Shown here: positions 40,639 through 50,598 of the stretch, in pieces
Layout of the letters: each line of letters begins with the position of its first letter
Numbering within the stretch: the first letter of the stretch is position 1
Assembly: GCA_963762565.1 (NCBI GenBank)
Contig: CAVXLD010000001.1
Coordinates: forward strand, 160,001 to 224,000
Direction: 5' to 3'
DNA from: an uncultured Verrucomicrobiae bacterium
Lineage (GTDB): Bacteria; Verrucomicrobiota; Verrucomicrobiia; Chthoniobacterales; JAFAMB01
DNA length: 64,000 nucleotides
Notes under the pieces: model-generated
What the model was told of the DNA's origin: nothing
Seen by the model: the letters and a program-made list of their open reading frames with translations, nothing else
Database searches by the model: none
Position numbers and translations under genes: made by a program

Positions 40639-41469
40639 CTAGCGTTTCGCCCCTTTCCACTGCTTACCGACCAACTCCTGCCTGACCTCACCGTTTGTGA
40701 AGAATTGGACAAGCTTTGGGTTGGTCACAACGCCAAGTAAATCGCCCTTCTCAACGGAATTAGAAAGCTCAGGATCCTCCGCCAGGGCTTGAAAGGTTGC
40801 ATTGTTACTCAACGGTCGAAACACCGGATCGGCCATCAACTGTCTAACCGCATCCGGGCGCGACAGAATTGAGCTCCAACGGTCGATGGTATCGTAAACT
40901 GAACCAGGGACCGGATCGAGCCATCGGGTTACGTTTCCCAACCAACCCAAGTCGAGGGACGCCTTCGCTCTCGCGAACGTCGAGACCAGGGGCGCTGGAG
41001 CTAACCCACGGCTTGCCTGTAGCGTTACTTCGTCTTCGGCGACTCGGCCGATCACGTGGATGAGAATCATGAGGAACCAGACGTTCACAAGGCCGTAGAT
41101 GAATCCCAGCAAGGCGCCGCCGGCACCAGAGATCATGCGAGAGACTATCAAATCATAATCCCGGGTCCTGCGGAACAGGAACCCGCTGGCCAGCATCATT
41201 AGATAAAAACAAAGTATACCTAAGAGCACCCGCGCCAGCATAAGCCCGCCGGGCGAGATCGTCTTAGAGCTCATCCCGAGCGGACCGAGAATCGCGTCGG
41301 AAAAGAAATAAACCACCAATACGGAGGCGGCGAACGCCAGTGGAATCAGGAGTTGAAGCAGGAGCCCGCGGAAACAGCCGCGGATCACAGCGTAGATAAC
41401 GCAGGCGGTAAAAATAATTAGTAATCCTGCCTGCCATTGTGGCGATGCCTCCACTGAGCCGCCGGTCAT
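40639..41469 (-). CDS. CvpA-family membrane protein
   Basis: IRGCFRGL, four TM segments, GGALLGFIYG. Confidence 0.7.
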   Translation of the reverse strand: MTGGSVEASPQWQAGLLIIFTACVIYAVIRGCFRGLLLQLLIPLAFAASVLVVYFFSDAILGPLGMSSKTISPGGLMLARVLLGILCFYLMMLASGFLFRRTRDYDLIVSRMISGAGGALLGFIYGLVNVWFLMILIHVIGRVAEDEVTLQASRGLAPAPLVSTFARAKASLDLGWLGNVTRWLDPVPGSVYDTIDRWSSILSRPDAVRQLMADPVFRPLSNNATFQALAEDPELSNSVEKGDLLGVVTNPKLVQFFTNGEVRQELVGKQWKGAKR

Positions 41470-41475
41470 GACGCA

Positions 41476-42561
41476 TCAAAGCGAATTCTGAGCCCGGTGC
41501 CGTAGCCAGTGATCACAGATCACCAGAATGGCCATTGCTTCGACAATCGGCACTGCCCGAGGAAGAACGCATGGATCATGGCGGCCGCGGGCAGCCAATT
41601 CTACAGGTTCGCCCGCTACGTTCACGGTGGCCTGAGGCTGCAAAATGGTGGCGGTCGGTTTGAATGCGACCCGAAAAACGATGTCTTCACCGTTGCTAAT
41701 CCCGCCTTGTATTCCACCAGAATAGTTGGACTTCGTGCGTACCCGACCACCTTGGATTTCAAACGGGTCGTTGTGTTCGGCTCCCGTCATCCGTGTGCCC
41801 GCAAACCCGGATCCAAACTCGATTCCCTTCGCAGCCGGCAGACTCAATAACGCTTTCCCCAGATCTGCCTCCAGCTTGTCAAAAACGGGTTCACCCAGTC
41901 CGGGCGGAACACCGCGGATGACGCATTCGATGACCCCGCCAACCGAATTCCCTTCTTTCCGCATTGTCTGAATGAGCTCGATCATTTTCGCAGCCTTCTC
42001 TGGATCCGGACACCTGACGATCGAGCTTTCGACTTGCTGAAGCGTCACCGCGTGTGAGTCGATCTCGGCTTCAAGGGAGTGTATCTGGCGGACATAAGCG
42101 ACTATTTCGATCCCCGGGATAGCTTGCGCTAACACTTTTCGGGCCACAGCGGCGGCCGCTACTCGCCCAATGGTTTCACGGGCGGATGCTCGGCCACCGC
42201 CCTGCCAATTCCGGATCCCGAACTTCGCTTGATAAGTGAAGTCTGCATGAGAAGGCCGATAGGCGGTCTCCATCTCCCGATAAGCTTCCGGCCGGGCATC
42301 CTGGTTGCGGACCATGATAGAAATTGGTGTCCCTAATGTTTTGCCCTCGAATACCCCAGACAAGATCTCACATCGGTCAGCCTCTTTTCGCTGAGTCACA
42401 ATCTCGCTTTGACCAGGCCGTCGCCGATCCAACTCCACTTGAATATCCTCTTCTGAGATCGCGATTCTCGGGGGGCACCCATCGATTACAACACCGACTC
42501 CACCCCCGTGGGACTCACCCCAGGTCATCACCCGAAATAGAACGCCAAACTGAGAAGACAT
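41476..42561 (-). CDS. aroC: Chorismate synthase
   Basis: [27 protein letters not shown]. Confidence 0.97.
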   Translation of the reverse strand: MSSQFGVLFRVMTWGESHGGGVGVVIDGCPPRIAISEEDIQVELDRRRPGQSEIVTQRKEADRCEILSGVFEGKTLGTPISIMVRNQDARPEAYREMETAYRPSHADFTYQAKFGIRNWQGGGRASARETIGRVAAAAVARKVLAQAIPGIEIVAYVRQIHSLEAEIDSHAVTLQQVESSIVRCPDPEKAAKMIELIQTMRKEGNSVGGVIECVIRGVPPGLGEPVFDKLEADLGKALLSLPAAKGIEFGSGFAGTRMTGAEHNDPFEIQGGRVRTKSNYSGGIQGGISNGEDIVFRVAFKPTATILQPQATVNVAGEPVELAARGRHDPCVLPRAVPIVEAMAILVICDHWLRHRAQNSL

Positions 42562-42632
42562 GTCGCTACGGAGGCCGTGAGCGTATATTACCGCTTATCG
42601 GGATCAAGTCTATGCCGGAGCTGGGAGGCGTA

Positions 42633-42762
42633 AGTGGACGTAGTGGACGAAGTAGACGTAGTGGACAAAGTGGACCGGGAGTGGACGATTTAACTCCTCG
42701 CCGCCGAATCTGAGGACGTCCACTCCGTCAACTCAGTCCATTCCGTCCACTCCTGTCTACTC
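42633..42762. repeat. Inverted 9-mer cluster (AGTGGACGN)n...(GTCCACT)n
   Basis: Direct reading; followed by (CTAGCTC)n units at about 42788-42818. Confidence 0.8.
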
Positions 42763-42891
42763 GGCCGCCCATGCCCGGCGCACCCCTACTAGCTCCTAGA
42801 TTCCAGCTCCTAGCTCCTCTTTTTTACTCGCGCCCGGCGCTGTTACCGGCCAGAAACAAATAGTCGCACCGAAGACCGCCCTGATCCTGTC

Positions 42892-43794
42892 GTGAATGTT
42901 CACCACCTAGAGCTCTTTTTCTATGTTGCAAAGCATGGCGGAATCAGCTCGGCCGTCCGGCATATGCCTTACGGCATCCAGCAGCCGGCAGTAAGTGGTC
43001 AGATTCTGCAGCTCGAAGAATATCTGGGCCAGAAACTCTTCCATCGAAGACCCTTCTCCTTAACTCCTGCGGGCGAGCGCCTCTTTCGTTTTATCCAGCC
43101 ATTCTTCGAGAACCTCGAACTCGTATCGGGAGAGCTCAGAGGCCATCAAAACAAAGAGCTGCGCCTGGCCGCTTCCACAGCCTTGCTGCGAGAGTACGGC
43201 CCTCGACTGCTGGACCAGGTCAAACAGCATGTCCCGGAGCTAAAACTGATCTTGCGCGAGGCAGATCAATCCATGGCCGAAGATTACCTTTTGGCCCAGG
43301 AGGTTCACCTCGCGGTGACTGAGCTCTATACTAAGCCGCCCAGCGGCATTCAAACCGAGGTGCTGGCGGAGCTCCCCCTGGTTCTTCTTGTCGCCGTTGA
43401 TGGTAAATTCAAGAAAGCGAAGGAAATCTTAGTCCAACGTCCGCTCCCCTTGATCTCAGTATCGGCTACTTCGGCACTTTATCGGACGTTTCAAGACGGT
43501 TTGCGACAGCACGGACCACCTTGGGAAATCAATATCGAACTCTCGACCCTGGAAATGGTAGTCACCTACGCGAGTGCCGGCTACGGTGTCGGTCTATCGG
43601 TCCGCGCTCCAGGCCTCGAATTCGGGCCTAGACTTCGGGCAATCGATCTTGACGATTTCCCGAGTTTGAAGATCGCAGCTTTCTGGCAAGAACCCCTGGC
43701 GATGCTGCCGAGTCTTTTCCTTGAAGAAATCCGCAAGGAGGCTCGGAGGCAGATCGTTGTGCCACAGAAACCGAAGGGGAAGGGTTCATCCTAG
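42892..43794 (+). CDS. LysR-family regulator
   Basis: N-terminal HTH QQPAVSGQILQLEE.LG..LF.R...LTPAG. Confidence 0.92.
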   Translation: MNVHHLELFFYVAKHGGISSAVRHMPYGIQQPAVSGQILQLEEYLGQKLFHRRPFSLTPAGERLFRFIQPFFENLELVSGELRGHQNKELRLAASTALLREYGPRLLDQVKQHVPELKLILREADQSMAEDYLLAQEVHLAVTELYTKPPSGIQTEVLAELPLVLLVAVDGKFKKAKEILVQRPLPLISVSATSALYRTFQDGLRQHGPPWEINIELSTLEMVVTYASAGYGVGLSVRAPGLEFGPRLRAIDLDDFPSLKIAAFWQEPLAMLPSLFLEEIRKEARRQIVVPQKPKGKGSS

Positions 43795-44000
43795 ACGCTG
43801 CGCAAGCGTGCGGAGAAACCCGGAATAAAACCCTCTGCTCCGGAGTCTGCTGACATAGGGCTGACACTCAACGACCTAGTGTGCCCGAGAACCGCCGCTC
43901 AGGCCTCCGGCGTTGTTTGATTCTGGATGCCGAGAATAATCTTGCGCTAAGCAGGGTTTGCAGCGTGTGTAACTTTAATAGAAACAGAAACGCTCTCATT

Positions 44001-45164
44001 ATGTCCACCTTAACAGCAGCATCTCTCACGGTCCCGGATACGTTTCCTCCGTTCAGCTTGCCTCGCCTTCTCAAGACGGTTTTTAATCCTAAGGCCGGCG
44101 AGAAGGTAGCCATCTTAATCGACCTTGATGATCCCCATCAGGTGGCAGATTTCGCTTTCCTCAAAAACCCTGATTTGACCATACAGCGACATGCTTACGA
44201 CGTCTTCTATCAGGGATTAAAGAACGGTGTTCTCAAAGAGTTCGGGCTAATCGGTGGAGATCTTTTCGCTTATCAGATCACGGGCGGCAGCAATCTTGAC
44301 CTTCCTGATCTGGCGGTCACGACCGGCGGAAAAGAAGTCAGCCTGGAACGGGACATTTATCCGAACTACAACCTCATCCTTTGCATCTCAACTTATTCTG
44401 CGACTGCGCCTCTGACTGCCTTCGCAAAGAAATACGGCTTTCGGGGCGCCACCTTGCACGGGCTGAACCAAATCATTTTGGCGACCGGTTTGGCTGTCGA
44501 TTACGATGAGGTCAGCGCAAATGCTGAAAAACTTCGGCTGGGAATGACAAAGCCAGACTGGGTGGAAATCGACTTCGTAGTAGCTGGATCGAAGTCCACC
44601 TTACATCTGGACTTGGGGCGACAAGAGGCGCAGAAGAGCCATGGCCTTTGTCGAGGGGGGCCAGACATCGCGAATCTGCCGGCCGGAGAAATTTATTTCG
44701 TTCCCAGCGATGCTTCGGGCGAGTTTCCACTCAAGTACGAAGACGGGACTCTGGGTCTGATGACCGTTGCTCATGGGCGGATTGTGGACGCCAAATTGAT
44801 CCGCGGAAACGCCAAGACAATTGAAGAACACAAACAGAAATTGAGTTCTGATCCGGTAACAGGCGAACTCGGCGAGCTAGGGTTTGGAACTCAGCTTCTC
44901 CCCACTTCAGGGCGCGATATTCAAGATGAGAAGATTCTTGGAACCCTGCACGTGGCAACCGGTCGGAGCGATCATCTGGGCGGCCACTTAACTCCGGATA
45001 AATTCACGAATCATAAAAATGCCACCCATGACGACATTCTGTTTGCGCCGCATAAGACGCCGGAAGTGAACGTCTCGCAGGTGCGCATGCTTCGGAATGG
45101 AAAGACCGAGATCTTAATTGAGGACTTCGTTCCCGCTGCCTATATGGCAGGACTGCTGAGTTAA
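44001..45164 (+). CDS. Thermophilic metalloprotease (M29-like) aminopeptidase family protein
   Basis: NLPAGE, GELGFG, DEKILGTLHVATG, HDD. Confidence 0.75.
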   Translation: MSTLTAASLTVPDTFPPFSLPRLLKTVFNPKAGEKVAILIDLDDPHQVADFAFLKNPDLTIQRHAYDVFYQGLKNGVLKEFGLIGGDLFAYQITGGSNLDLPDLAVTTGGKEVSLERDIYPNYNLILCISTYSATAPLTAFAKKYGFRGATLHGLNQIILATGLAVDYDEVSANAEKLRLGMTKPDWVEIDFVVAGSKSTLHLDLGRQEAQKSHGLCRGGPDIANLPAGEIYFVPSDASGEFPLKYEDGTLGLMTVAHGRIVDAKLIRGNAKTIEEHKQKLSSDPVTGELGELGFGTQLLPTSGRDIQDEKILGTLHVATGRSDHLGGHLTPDKFTNHKNATHDDILFAPHKTPEVNVSQVRMLRNGKTEILIEDFVPAAYMAGLLS

Positions 45165-45194
45165 GGAATTGGTCGAGGGATCATCCCATGGCGT

Positions 45195-45311
45195 GGGAGG
45201 GCGCGCGTCCCGCGCGCCGCGGCCAGTACTGCATCGCCGACATAACCGAGCGCTTTACCGGGTCTGTGCTGGCCTCCGAGAACAAAGGATCGCGGGGACG
45301 CGATCCCTCCC
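45195..45311. repeat. REP-like inverted pair (REPIN-like)
   Basis: GGGAGGGCGCGCGTCCCGCGCGCCG ... GGATCGCGGGGACGCGATCCCTCCC. Confidence 0.85.
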
Positions 45312-45336
45312 CGCTTTGGGCCAATCACATATTACC

Positions 45337-46074
45337 GTGAACATTTACGAAACCGATCTGCTGCTGAACCAATACTTGTTGTTTCATTATGGAACGGCAG
45401 AGGATCAACTGCCCTATTCTTTTGGACCCGGAGATGCGCTCTTTTATCCGTCTCGTTGTGTTACCGAGTTTTTACCACGGATTGGGCACATATCGCGCGC
45501 TCTTGACCTAGGATGTGCCGTCGGCGGATCGACTTTTGAGCTCGCGCGTTGGGCCGACGAAGTTATCGGGATCGACCTTTCTAGCCAATTCGTGGCGGCT
45601 GCTCAGGCCGTGCAAAAAACCGGCGAGATCGGAATTCGCATTGTGGAGGAAGGTCAGCGTTCCGCGGTTGTGACTCGACGGTTAGATCCGCAGATTGATC
45701 GTTCGAAATGCCGGTTCTTCGTAGGAGACGCACTCCAGACGCCGGCGGAACTAGGCACCTTTGATCTGGTTTTGGCAGCAAATCTGATCGATCGGGTGTC
45801 TCGACCTGCGGATTTGTTGAGTGAAATCAAGCGATTGGTGAGAATCGGCGGACACGTCATCCTCGCATCGCCCTACACTTGGCTCGAAGAATTTACGCCG
45901 CGCGAAAACTGGCTTGCCGATGCCACGGCTAACACGTTGAGTCGGATTCAAAGGCTTCTGGGGCCCGAGCTGGTTCAGGTCGCGACCAAAGATCTCCCCT
46001 TCCTGATCCGCGAGCATGCCCGAAAGTTTCAATGGAGCGTGGCGCAGGCGAGTGTGTGGAAAAAGGAGCGGTAG
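45337..46074 (+). CDS. SAM methyltransferase resembling the OvoA C-terminal (mercaptohistidine N-methyltransferase) domain
   Basis: NIYET..LLNQYLLFHYG, ALDLGCAVG, NLIDR, SPYTWLEEFTP, IREHARKFQ. Confidence 0.8.
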   Translation: MNIYETDLLLNQYLLFHYGTAEDQLPYSFGPGDALFYPSRCVTEFLPRIGHISRALDLGCAVGGSTFELARWADEVIGIDLSSQFVAAAQAVQKTGEIGIRIVEEGQRSAVVTRRLDPQIDRSKCRFFVGDALQTPAELGTFDLVLAANLIDRVSRPADLLSEIKRLVRIGGHVILASPYTWLEEFTPRENWLADATANTLSRIQRLLGPELVQVATKDLPFLIREHARKFQWSVAQASVWKKER

Positions 46075-46083
46075 GTGTAGCGA

Positions 46084-46222
46084 ATCGGCGTGTGGGCGAA
46101 ACGGCGAAAGGGCGAAATGGAAGCCGTACGGCGAAAGTTTCGGTGCGCCCATGACGTGCAACTTTCTATCGATGCCGACGCGCCGAGATTTTCGCCCTTT
46201 CGCCCATTCGCCCATTCGCCGG
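46084..46222. repeat. Inverted 8-mer cluster (GGCGAAWN)n...(TTCGCCCW)n
   Basis: Direct reading. Confidence 0.75.
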
Positions 46223-46238
46223 TGCGCGCTTCTAGCTC

Positions 46239-46784
46239 CTATTTCTGTGGCGTGAGGTTGATGGTAGTCGTCAGCTTAGGGTAACCCACAATAGATACCT
46301 CCAGAACATAAGGGCGCCCAGGGACCATATCACGGGTCGAGATGGTACCCGGAAACTCTGAGCGTTCATTGGGATTTACGATCACGTACGCCGGATTTTG
46401 CGTGACCGGTTGATCGTCGCTCCATTGAACGAGTTTCTTGCCGGCCTCATCCCGGAGGAGGAAGTCATATTCGCGGCTGTCGTTGAACTGAAGCGTTACC
46501 CCCTTCTTGGACCGGTTGATGAGGATAATCCGCGCCTCAAACGACCTTGTATCCGGGAGTTTGATAGTATCGGGCGACAACACGACCCGCATTTCCAACC
46601 CATACGCCACGACTCCCGTGATCTTCCCGAACGGATTGATTTTCTCAGTCTTAGCGGCATTCGGAACTGCACCAGGACGCTCGGGCTTCGGACCTACAAA
46701 CGGGACCCAGCGGTGAAGCTTCTGGGAAGAACAGGCAGTGAAGGCGAGTAGGAGTAGGCTTAACGTCCTAAGGCGTAAATGCAT
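46239..46784 (-). CDS. Lipoprotein with BsuPI-like (proteinase inhibitor) domain
   Basis: Lipobox FTAC; VTLQFNDSREYDFLLRD..GK..VQWS. Confidence 0.65.
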   Translation of the reverse strand: MHLRLRTLSLLLLAFTACSSQKLHRWVPFVGPKPERPGAVPNAAKTEKINPFGKITGVVAYGLEMRVVLSPDTIKLPDTRSFEARIILINRSKKGVTLQFNDSREYDFLLRDEAGKKLVQWSDDQPVTQNPAYVIVNPNERSEFPGTISTRDMVPGRPYVLEVSIVGYPKLTTTINLTPQK

Positions 46785-46874
46785 CTGCTCCGTTTAGCGA
46801 AAGGCCTTCCCGGTTGCAAATTCTATCCTCTATAACGATGTCGCTCCTACGGAGCAGAATGCACCACACCAAAT

Positions 46875-47936
46875 ATGATTTGGACACCGTTTAACTTCCG
46901 AACGACGCTGCTCTACTCAGCGGTCTGGCTCCTCCTGACAGGTACAATGGCGAAGGCAGAACCTCCGAAATTGATATTGCCAACGGAGAACGACGGCCTT
47001 TTGACCGGTAAATTCGCGGAGTTCTATCAATACGTTCAGCGCGATTTCGAGGGCCAAGTCGGCCAGCCGTGGGAGGGCGGCCAGTATGGTTTCGTCCGGA
47101 ACCCAAGACGCATTGGATCGCAGGTCATTTATACGCGATTTCACGAGGGGATCGATATCCGGCCTCTACACCGGGATGCTGCCGGCGAGCCGGAAGACAT
47201 CATCCATGCAATCGCCGCCGGAACCGTAGTTTACACAAATCCTGTCGCCAGAAATTCGAACTACGGCCGGTATGTGGTCATCGAACATCACCTGGACGGT
47301 TTCCCTTATTACAGCCTTTACGCCCATCTGAACACGATCACTGTGAATATTGGCGACTCGGTAGATCAGGGTTCACCGATTGCAGTGATGGGCCATACCG
47401 GCGAGGGGCTCGACAGGGAGCGCGCCCATGTTCATCTGGAGCTAAACCTTCTTTTGAACTCCCATTTTTCAGAATGGTTCCAGGGACATCACTCAGCAGA
47501 CATCGACCGGCACGGTATCTACAATGGGATTAACTTGGCCGGCATCGACATTGGCCGGTTTTATTTGGAGCTCCAAAAGAATCCGGAGCTTACGGTGCCT
47601 ACCTTCGTTCAACAGGGAGAACCCTGGTACAGAGTCCTGGTCCCGATATCGCCCCGAATGGATCTGACCGAACGATATCCTTGGCTGTTAGAAGGCGAAA
47701 CGGACGCGCCCAGCTGCGAGATCAGTTTCGACCGCACTGGGCTGCCGCTTAAGGTTCGCGGTTCTAGCGAACATGTGACACAGCCAACGGTATCCTGGGT
47801 CCATTCTTCGCCTTTCCCTCAGCATCTGTTGACCAAAGGTTTCATTCGGGACCACGGATCAGGCTACGTTCTCTCAGAGGAGGGAAACCGGTACATCAGC
47901 CTGGTTTGTGACTCGCCTCAGGCTCGCCATCAATAG
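46875..47936 (+). CDS. M23-family metallopeptidase
   Basis: HEGID, YAHL, HVHLE. Confidence 0.9.
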   Translation: MIWTPFNFRTTLLYSAVWLLLTGTMAKAEPPKLILPTENDGLLTGKFAEFYQYVQRDFEGQVGQPWEGGQYGFVRNPRRIGSQVIYTRFHEGIDIRPLHRDAAGEPEDIIHAIAAGTVVYTNPVARNSNYGRYVVIEHHLDGFPYYSLYAHLNTITVNIGDSVDQGSPIAVMGHTGEGLDRERAHVHLELNLLLNSHFSEWFQGHHSADIDRHGIYNGINLAGIDIGRFYLELQKNPELTVPTFVQQGEPWYRVLVPISPRMDLTERYPWLLEGETDAPSCEISFDRTGLPLKVRGSSEHVTQPTVSWVHSSPFPQHLLTKGFIRDHGSGYVLSEEGNRYISLVCDSPQARHQ

Positions 47937-48080
47937 CAGATAGCACTGGAGGGGAGCCGCCTGTTTTCACGTTTTTCGATCGCAGCTCGGGATCGGCGAA
48001 AATGTTGCGCGGTCGCGACGCACGCACCAAAGCGGCTCCCCTCCAGGCTATTGGCTATTTGAGAGCGAGCCTCAGACGAA
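47912..48080. repeat. CTCGCCTCAGGCTCGC/(AATAGCM)n inverted element overlapping the M23 stop
   Basis: Same family as 15315-15447. Confidence 0.75.
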
Positions 48081-48126
48081 CTCCCGCCTTGCCCTGCCCT
48101 TGAATCCCTTCTAAGAATCTCGGCGC

Positions 48127-48876
48127 GTGAAACGGCTAGCTCTGGTCTTAATTTTTCAATGCTGCTTGCACTCTGCCATGGCGGCGAATCGCCTCCCTCC
48201 TTCGGTCCGGCAACTGATTGTCGGTATCGCTCCGGACTGGAATTCGATGACTGGCGAAATCCAGCTTTTACAGAAGAATGGCGATACCTGGAGCCAAGCA
48301 TCTGTTCCGATCAAAGTTCTCTTCGGGAAGAACGGCTTAGCTTGGGGCCGAGGTGAAATCATCGGTTCAGGAGAAGGCCCCGAAAAGGTCGAGCGGGACA
48401 ATCGGGCGCCCGCCGGAGTGTTCAAGATTGGGGTCATTTATACTTATGATCATGCCTTACCGCCAGGCGCCGACTACCCGTTTCATACCGTTACCGCCGC
48501 GGACACGTGGGTCGATGATCTGAACAGCCCTTACTATAACCAGCACGTGGTGGTCGACCCTCGAAATCCACCGCCGTGGTATAACAAGGCTAAGATGAGA
48601 TTGGGAGACTTTGCCTATCACTGGCTGATCGAAATCCGGCATAACTCTGATCCTCCGGTGCCCGGGTTTGGGAGTGCTATCTTCTTTCATATCCGGCGTG
48701 GACCGACTCGACCTTCGGCGGGCTGCACCACCATGGCGGAATCGAATCTAGTGACGCTCGTGAAGTGGCTACGCGCAGCTGACGAACCCCATTATGCCTG
48801 CCTGCCAAGAGCCGAATATCTGGCAAACTGGCAAGCCTGGGGACTGCCGGATCCGAAGGCGACAGGGCTGTTTTGA
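48127..48876 (+). CDS. L,D-transpeptidase (YkuD-like) family protein
   Basis: APAGVF, GSAIFFH...SAGC. Confidence 0.85.
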   Translation: MKRLALVLIFQCCLHSAMAANRLPPSVRQLIVGIAPDWNSMTGEIQLLQKNGDTWSQASVPIKVLFGKNGLAWGRGEIIGSGEGPEKVERDNRAPAGVFKIGVIYTYDHALPPGADYPFHTVTAADTWVDDLNSPYYNQHVVVDPRNPPPWYNKAKMRLGDFAYHWLIEIRHNSDPPVPGFGSAIFFHIRRGPTRPSAGCTTMAESNLVTLVKWLRAADEPHYACLPRAEYLANWQAWGLPDPKATGLF

Positions 48877-48910
48877 GGTGGCCGGTGGGGTAAGGCGCGG
48901 GTTGCAATTC

Positions 48911-49031
48911 GGGAGGGCGCGCGTCCCCGCACGCCGCGAGGACGTGCCACAACTGATTGTGTATTTTCGCCGCCATAATTAACATACGCTGGACTTCGGT
49001 AACAACGGATCGCGAGGACGCGATCCCTCCC
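48911..49031. repeat. REP-like inverted pair (REPIN-like)
   Basis: GGGAGGGCGCGCGTCCCCGCACGCCG ... CGGATCGCGAGGACGCGATCCCTCCC. Confidence 0.85.
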
Positions 49032-49112
49032 CAGGTTTTCGACCTGCATTTCCGTCCCAGCCCTACCAACTTTCCGGTTGAGCCCATGCCGTCCGCATCA
49101 GACCGTTAACCA

Positions 49113-49922
49113 GTGACTCGGCCCACTAAAGAAAACAGCGTGCTGGTTTTGGTTGGTCACGGTTCGACCGTAAACCCGGACTCGAGTTTACCGACTTTTG
49201 TTCACGCGAATGAGATCCGGTCCCGGCGCATATTTTCTGAAGTCTACTGCGCTTTTTGGAAAGAAGAGCCCAGTCTGCGGGAAGTCCTCAGAATGGTGGA
49301 AGTACGAGACGTTTACATCGTCCCCAACTTTATTAGCGAAGGTTACTTTACGGCAAAAGTTATCCCACGAGAGTTGGAATTGACCGGGCCAATCACGATC
49401 AGGAACTACCAAACCCTCAAATATTGCGACCCAGTGGGTAATGATCCTCGAATGACCGATCTGTTGCTCCATCGGGCGGCTGACGTCGCCTGCGATGCAC
49501 CACCTCATGATACTAGCCTTGTCATTGTCGCTCACGGCACGGGCCTTAACGAAAATTCAGCCGTTGCCGCTAAACGCCAAGTTGCTGCGATTCGAGACCG
49601 AGGAATTTATCCGGAAGTGGTTGCTGCCTTCATGGAAGAGCCTCCCGAGATTTCACAGTGGGCCAGCTTGACCACCCGGAGATACGTCGTCGTCGTTCCA
49701 TTCTTCATTTCGGATGGCCTGCACAGCTATCAAGACATTCCGGTGTTGCTTGGGATACAAAGCGAGAATTCAGCTCCGGCAAGCCAACAAGAAATTTTTC
49801 GACATAACCCCTATGAACTCCACAACCGCAAACTTTATTACGCGAGTGCGATCGGGACAGACCCGATGATGGCAGACATTATTCTGGATACCGTCGATCG
49901 GTTTGATCAGCAGCATGATTGA
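49113..49922 (+). CDS. CbiX/SirB-type class II chelatase
   Basis: LVGHGS, VAHGT, VPFFISDGLHS. Confidence 0.85.
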   Translation: MTRPTKENSVLVLVGHGSTVNPDSSLPTFVHANEIRSRRIFSEVYCAFWKEEPSLREVLRMVEVRDVYIVPNFISEGYFTAKVIPRELELTGPITIRNYQTLKYCDPVGNDPRMTDLLLHRAADVACDAPPHDTSLVIVAHGTGLNENSAVAAKRQVAAIRDRGIYPEVVAAFMEEPPEISQWASLTTRRYVVVVPFFISDGLHSYQDIPVLLGIQSENSAPASQQEIFRHNPYELHNRKLYYASAIGTDPMMADIILDTVDRFDQQHD

Positions 49923-50598
49923 AAGACTGCTCCAGGAACGCTTACGTCGCGGCATGATCAACCTTGGGGAGCTGGTAGTCCGGGAGGTTGAACCCGGGCG
50001 GTATCTGATCCGGCATTGGAAAGATGACCGACAGGAGCGAAAGCTGGCGGTTGAAACCCGGGCAATCGCTGCCCTAGAAATCGTCAGGTACGACGAGCAA
50101 GGGAATTATCGGCCACTCAAAGGGGCCCCAAACTTGCCGACCGGCTGGGAACTACGCCTCGAGTCGACGGCCGAGCTCAGACGAGCGATCGATTATTTTT
50201 ATCCCGGCGCGTTCTCCACTTGGATCGCATTCAGCCGCGGCGAGATCGATCCGGTCGACCTCAGACAAACCCTTACCCGACAAACCGGCATGTACCGCGT
50301 CACACACAAGCTAACCGGCTTACAGGCCGAAGAATTAGCAGGCCGGTTTTGCCGATCTAATTCAAGCTGTATTCGGACAATCCTTTGGACCATTGACGGG
50401 AAAGCCCCGGAAAAGTATCTGCCCAGCTCTAAATTTGATCCGCAGGCAGATCAGGTCGCCCCGCGTCGAGAGGATCGCGAAGAGGATGGACGGAGCGGAC
50501 CTCATCACGATCGGTCCGCAGTTCCCTTTCTGTGCACCGAAGCCTGCAATCTGTTTGTGGCCGAGGCCCGAAAAATCGTCAAGATTCACTCCACATGA
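49915..50598 (+). CDS. DR2241-family protein (C-terminal domains of the DR2241 CbiX fusion, Cys cluster)
   Basis: YRPLKGAPNLPTGW, FYPG, RQTGMY, C....C...W and CTEACN. Confidence 0.75.
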   Translation: MIERLLQERLRRGMINLGELVVREVEPGRYLIRHWKDDRQERKLAVETRAIAALEIVRYDEQGNYRPLKGAPNLPTGWELRLESTAELRRAIDYFYPGAFSTWIAFSRGEIDPVDLRQTLTRQTGMYRVTHKLTGLQAEELAGRFCRSNSSCIRTILWTIDGKAPEKYLPSSKFDPQADQVAPRREDREEDGRSGPHHDRSAVPFLCTEACNLFVAEARKIVKIHST

